DNA of 41,825 nucleotides, taken from contig JAVECL010000155.1 in assembly GCA_051942245.1 (NCBI GenBank), positions 1 through 41,825 of the forward strand, in the 5' to 3' direction. Below the pieces are notes generated by a model. That model was given only the letters and a program-made list of their open reading frames with translations. It was not told the DNA's origin and did not search any database. This DNA is from Trypethelium eluteriae. Lineage: Eukaryota. The position numbers and the translations under genes are program-made. Positions 36,758 through 41,825 of the stretch are shown here, piece by piece (position 1 is the first letter of the stretch; each line of letters starts with the position of its first letter).

Positions 36758-37870
36758 ATGGAACCCACAACGCATGTCAACTTGTTCATGGAATACGGTG
36801 AATTCCCAGGAACAGATCCCGAGAAAATTAACGAAGATGCTAAAAGGGTCACAAGTCACCTCAACGGCTACAAATCGTTGTCTTCGTAGATTTCTTCAAA
36901 ACTGCAAAGGTACTTCATTTCACCACTGTTAAGCTTAAAGATCTCCAAGACCCCTTAGACGCTTTCAGGGCATTGCAGACTGGACCACTTCTGGACGTCA
37001 CTGTTCGACTACGGAGCGAGGAGCAAGCCTTTAAGCGTAATCAACCTCATCAAAGCGCTTGATGAGTACCAGGCCAAAGACGACGTTCCTCACGCTCAAA
37101 GCTTGAAGCAATTCATCCTGGGTGTTGAGGGCGGTAGGCACGAGGGGCAACGTACGGATCACCTGCGACCATAGACCTTCACTCCCTCTGGATAGATCCT
37201 TAGACATGATAATGAAGACCACTATTTGCACCACTTTTGCTTCCCCGTTGTTGAGCCTCAACATCTGGTAGCTCGAGCTAAGCTCGATCAAGGCCTTAAT
37301 TTTTTCGGGTTCGGGCCAGGATTCGCACACAGGAGATGTGTTAATCCTCAGGGTGTGCCCACCTAAGTTGTTGTTTGGGACAGGACGAGTTCAGGAGAAT
37401 TCGCCCTCAGGGAGTGCCCATTCAATCATCCCCAAGCTTGCCACAAGGCGTAGCGGTTTCTCTTATTACTGGTAGCGGTAAGAAGAGTGTTCCAGGCGTC
37501 GATTTATCAACTTCTCGTCAGAGCCCCAACACTGGGTAACAATATGAGACCAGTCCACAAAGTCAGCCTATTCCAAGAGGAAGGCGATTTTCCAGCAGCC
37601 GACTTTGACACCCTTAAGGCAGGTATCGCCCGAGTCGCAGATCATCTCAACGACCAACAAAAAAGGTGTTCATGGACTTTTGACACTCAAGCAACGGCTC
37701 GATCCAAATCCCAGGTATCAGACTATCAACGACTTTTTGTTTACGCTTCTGGTCCACATCTATTTCACCCAGGACCTCCAATATTGGAGGTCCACAAGAA
37801 AAATTTCAATAGGAGCTCTATACTATCACGAATTTTGAGGCATGCTTCCCCTTCATGGCCAAGCAAGTAG
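36758..37870 (+). pseudogene. Decayed coding region of unknown family upstream of the SNF2 fragments
   Basis: Long + frame HCRLDHFWTSLFDYGARSKPLSVINLIKALDEYQAKDD...HYLHHFCFPVVEPQH interrupted by isolated TAG/TAA stops. Confidence 0.35.
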
Positions 37871-38181
37871 ACATCAGTCGGTCGACAAAGCTGTAATGTC
37901 TTAGGTTCCTAACAACTAATCAAGCTATCCGAGTGAACGATGACACACTAATCTCGCTAACATTATCTTCATTAAAACGGGCGCAGTATTTGTGGGAATC
38001 TATTGGGATTAAAGACTAACTCGCCTAATTGCCCATCTACCTGGACGAGCACAAACCACAAATACTGTCTCACAGGAATGAATCATATGGCCAAACGGTA
38101 CGGTCGTAATGCCATCGAGTATGAGGAGTACGGCCCGGTCAAAAAAGAGCTTGAGGACAACCACGAACCAAATGGCATTGG

Positions 38182-38960
38182 ATGGTCGAAATATGCGGCG
38201 TACTTAGACCCCCTCAGCTGGAGCGGATTCGAACGATGACTGATCCAAAGGATATCAAGGCTGCCAAGACGGCCGTAGGCGTCGCGAAACCCCATCTCAC
38301 ATGCGTCCCCCCAACGCTACTTGATCAGTGGGTGCAGGCGCTTATGGAAGTCTTCCCATCACTCATCGCTCACCTATACCACAGCAATTTCAGGGCCCGG
38401 CATACACAGGGCAATCCGAGGATCAAGGTCATACGCCAACAGCACTTAAATCGTAAAAACTGGATATTCTCAGGCGACGAAGACTTGATGAATTATATCG
38501 TCCTCACCACACCCCAGAAGATGGCTGTGCGCCACGGACCTGCGATCTGGGTTGACCAGCGACTTCAAAATCTCAGTGGTTCACAGACCCAGCGGAAGAA
38601 GCATGCCAAACAGCTCAATGAGCAAGCTACAGAATTTGATACTGCCCCCAAGGACTTCGACGCTGTCTTGAATGGTTGCTTTGGCTCGGTTACCATTGAC
38701 TAGGTGCATTTTGTGAAGAATGCGGAGACCCAGCAACACCTCGGCCTGCGCTGGCTCGACGCACCCTGGTACAACCTACTGAGTGCCACGCCCATCTTCC
38801 AAGGGGTACGTGATTACCACACATATCTCGCCTTCAAGGCCAAGCCGACGACTTCAGCTATGGGCGCCAACCGTAAGCTCAACCCCTACGAGGAGCAGTA
38901 CGACCACGCCCAAAATCCCGATCCACAGACGAATTTGATATACAATCCGCTGGCTGGGAA
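38182..38960 (+). pseudogene. SNF2-family ATPase N-lobe fragment A
   Basis: Motif Ia CVPPTLLDQW (about 38302-38331), IVLTT, motif II VTID*VHFVKN (TAG at 38701 where the Glu codon should be), motif III LLSATP (38776-38793) and GVRDY. No Walker A found. Confidence 0.72.
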
Positions 38961-39800
38961 AGATATGTCTTCTTTACCACACCGATGAGCTATGCAACTC
39001 ACCTCCAGGCCCCCATCAAGGAACACCAGACTTTGAGTAGGATATTCCAATTTGCTTATGTCTGTATTGATGAAGCGGACAAACAGAAGTCACACTTTCA
39101 TAAGGAGTTGACTGGTTTCCATATGCAGTTAAGTAGTTGCGAATATCTTGATGCCAGTACATATCGCAGTCCATTCCTCATTCTTGCGAGCGGTACGCCA
39201 TAAGAGCTAGGTGCACGCGACTTTATCTCATATTACTGCCACTGGAAAAAGCGGGAGCACATAATTTTGACCCAGGACACACAGCATAAGGACAAGGATG
39301 GTGTGACCCACAACTTGGAGCGACCCAGGCGCCGCTATCCCCAGATGTTTCCCCAGCATATACATGGTCACATGCAAAAATACAACGTTGATTGCCTTGA
39401 TAAAATTGAAGGCAATATGAGACCGGAGAAGGACCTACAAAAGATAGCTTATCATACGTAATTAAAGCACGGACAATCCAAAAAAAGGTGTATCTAAAGA
39501 AAAAGGTTACCGATTTTACAGCGCAGGCTGTTATTAACAGATATCAAGCTGATAATATCGATGTCCCAAAAATTATTCACGGTGTGTATTAAGAATTTGT
39601 AGAGATCCTACAACTGTACTTTATCCGACGGATGGGAGAAAGCATATGGGCTGGAAAGCCTTCAGTGGATATCCCACCTATGAAGACCAGGGTGGTTTCA
39701 TATCACGCCTCTGAGGATGATTTAGCATCGATAAACAGCTATTTGTGTGACATCGACAGAAAACTCCAACGGTCCTCAAAGAAAGAGCTTTCTGAGTAGC
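38961..39800 (+). pseudogene. SNF2-family ATPase fragment B (second, distinct N-lobe plus linker)
   Basis: YVFFTTPMSY, motif II YVCIDEADKQK (about 39057-39089), motif III ILASGTP* (39180-39203), GARDF, then after a frameshift ILQLYFIRR...WAGKPSVDIPPMKTRVV (SNF2 'RR...LPP' linker, about 39620-39680). Confidence 0.68.
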
Positions 39801-40379
39801 ACAACCTCTTTAAACAGAAGCGGCGGATTACACGGACATGGTGTCATCTTACCCTCGCTTCTTTCTCTCTTCTTTTGTACCTAGAGACTACACATTCCAC
39901 TCTCAGATACACTACAGTTCACATTCCAGCAACAGGTTATGAGTCCGGATGATTTGCTGTCCATCGAGAGATCGTCTGGCAATTTCTCTTCAAGCTACTA
40001 AAGGTAGTCTCCGGTTGTGGCTCATGGAACCTTACTGCATAGACACCCCTCGGGTCACTCCGTCATTTCAACAATCTCATCGACTTTTGTCTCAATTTAT
40101 TATTTCGAATACCTTCATCGCTTGCATGTTGGATATCCTGCAAGTCGTCTGCTAGCGATATACCCAGCTCTGAAGCTTCCGTTTGGGGTCCAGCTGCGAT
40201 TTATCTACCTGTTATTGGAAACGTGCACCTCTATGTCTACGAGATACTCGCCCATCCCAGCTTTGGTAAAGCGACGTTCTGGCACCTTGCTGTGTTTGAT
40301 GCGAGTCATGGAAACGTGCCATCTCGTCATCTGAGATATCTTGTTAATTTTCTTTGTTGCGTTTGAACTGCCTCCACCG

Positions 40380-41600
40380 ATCAACTGCGAAACAAAGCAA
40401 CCAGAGTATTGGACTTCGTAGCTACTACTTATCATCAACTTGGTGTCCCAAAATTCTGCAAAGCACTCTCCCTTTGGCTGTTCCACTCAGATGAGGCAAC
40501 AAAAATACCAGAGCCTTCACAAGTCAAGGCAATGGTCCTGTTTCTGCATCGTTGCATGGTCCACACAGGCGACACCAAACAACCAGGCGCCTGGGGAATG
40601 CGACATGACTTGTCTTCCGTACGAGCAAATTGCCACCAGAACCAGAATGGGTCGCCGTGTTCTCATCACCCGGTTGCACCCACTGCAAGTCGAGAAGCGA
40701 GTTGTAGAAAGAGGTCTTGGACCGATTTATGAGGCACTCAATATGTTTGCCGACCCAGACTCCTCGCCGAAACAGCTAGTAAACGCCTTTGGGTCTTTCG
40801 CAACCGTCACGAGCGAAGTTCACGACAGAGCAAAGCCCGACCGAACTACACGAAACTCTACACCCTCTTATTTCATTCTTCTCATCACAGATACCGTCAC
40901 CAGCTGAGCTTGAGCACCGAGTACCTGAAGTCATAGATACTTCTTCATCTTCGCTTTATATCCAGCTTCTTCAGACATCAGACGAATAGGAACACCTCGA
41001 GAATCTACCTTTGGATTCTCTCCGTGCCTGTCAACAGACCAAACAAATCCCGAACAACATGACATGACGGAACTGCTCATTGCGAAGTTTGATAAATTCC
41101 AAGGTGGACAAAGGTCAGTCGTACTCTGACTTAACGATTATTTAAGTAGCTGGATTCCTACAATCAACAGTTCGACCTCTAAACACTGTATTAAGAGCGA
41201 AGAATCTTCTCATGAACGTTGGGAATATCCATGAGATAAACCAGATCGGAGGGTTGAGAGATTTTGTGTCGAAAATATCTATTACGCGCTGCAAAGATCT
41301 TGAAATGCTTTATCCATCGACCTACAGTCTCTCCGTGCTATCGAGGAGGCCCAAGGGATGAGGAGGGAGAAAATTGAACAGCTGCCACGAATCGAGTTCG
41401 TTCCTCTGAAACGTATTATGAAGCTCATGTGACGTTTCTTGGGCCTAGATGGGAAACCAAGAACGAAAATGATCATTGATGCTGTCGACTTCAAAACCTC
41501 GAAGTTGTTAATGTCGTGGGAAGCGATCCCCGAGGCCGGTAGGGAGGAGCTTACCATGGGTATCGATTACCTCATTTGTACTAGTGTATGCCTACATAGG
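40380..41600 (+). pseudogene. Decayed C-lobe helicase-like fragment and further unknown fragments
   Basis: LPYEQIATRTRMGRRVLITRL (about 40614-40680) resembles SNF2 motif VI (Q-A-x-x-R-x-x-R-x-G-Q...x-x-RL). Additional broken + frames run to about 41600. Confidence 0.4.
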
Positions 41601-41699
41601 CTCCCGTCTGAGGTTCCTCCTCAACTGAGATTCTACACACTTCATACTCAATACATTGAGCTTCGTCTTCTACAGTTAAGGGAGCAGACTGGGCAACGA

Positions 41700-41825
41700 T
41701 AGGCGCGATACGTATCGTACGATAAGCCCTATCGTACGATAAATTACCGCGATATCGCCGATATCGTCAGCGCCGACACACTTATCGTAATAAAATAAAA
41801 TTCCTCCCCTTAATAAGCTATTATA
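41700..41825. mobile_element. Probable terminus of a DNA transposon or MITE with palindromic subterminal repeats, continuing beyond the window
   Basis: TATCGTACGATA (perfect palindrome) at 41713-41724 and 41730-41741, GATACGTATC at 41707-41716, GCGATATCGC at 41749-41758 and CGATATCG at 41759-41766, then an abrupt AT/TA-rich tract. Confidence 0.55.

Noticed and set aside
38701..38703. In-frame TAG between two long co-linear ORFs as programmed read-through or recoding
   Set aside because: It replaces the motif II Glu in a region with many other stops and frameshifts, so simple pseudogenisation is the better explanation.
1..41825. tRNA, 5S rRNA, CRISPR arrays, LTR pairs and a Starship captain (DUF3435)
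   Set aside because: Looked for by eye (T-loop GGTTCGA context, 5S start, regular repeat-spacer units, long direct repeats, tyrosine-recombinase ORF) and none was found. A covariance-model scan would be needed to exclude small ncRNAs.

Overview
Eukaryotic DNA from a filamentous ascomycete (Pezizomycotina-type short introns with GTRAGT donor, CTRAC/CTRAT branch and YAG acceptor), so the ORF track fragments most genes. I rebuilt the spliced models by eye. In order: the 5' part of cyk3 (SH3 cytokinesis protein, GC-AG first intron, runs off the left edge); a DDX60-like Ski2-family RNA helicase; a 9-kb block of five co-oriented secreted/surface genes (GH47 alpha-1,2-mannosidase, a small Kex2-site precursor, an 8-Cys protein without a signal peptide, a CE12-like SGNH esterase, and an M35/aspzincin-like protein whose HExxH site reads FQWGH); USP7/Ubp15 divergent from a PDK/BCKDK-family mitochondrial kinase; an orphan gene with a second GC-AG intron; a 12-bp minisatellite; a PMP3-family proteolipid; and a p24/ERP2-type cargo receptor. 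The last ~9.4 kb has no intact gene. It is a same-strand mosaic of decayed fragments: an acetyl-CoA synthetase sliver, a Ty3/gypsy gag/RT remnant and two different SNF2-type ATPase domains end to end, finishing in a palindrome-rich probable transposon terminus. The best candidates for something undescribed are the twin-SNF2 relic, the secreted pseudo-metallopeptidase island and the fungal DDX60 orthologue. All family calls come from motif recognition only; no searches were run.
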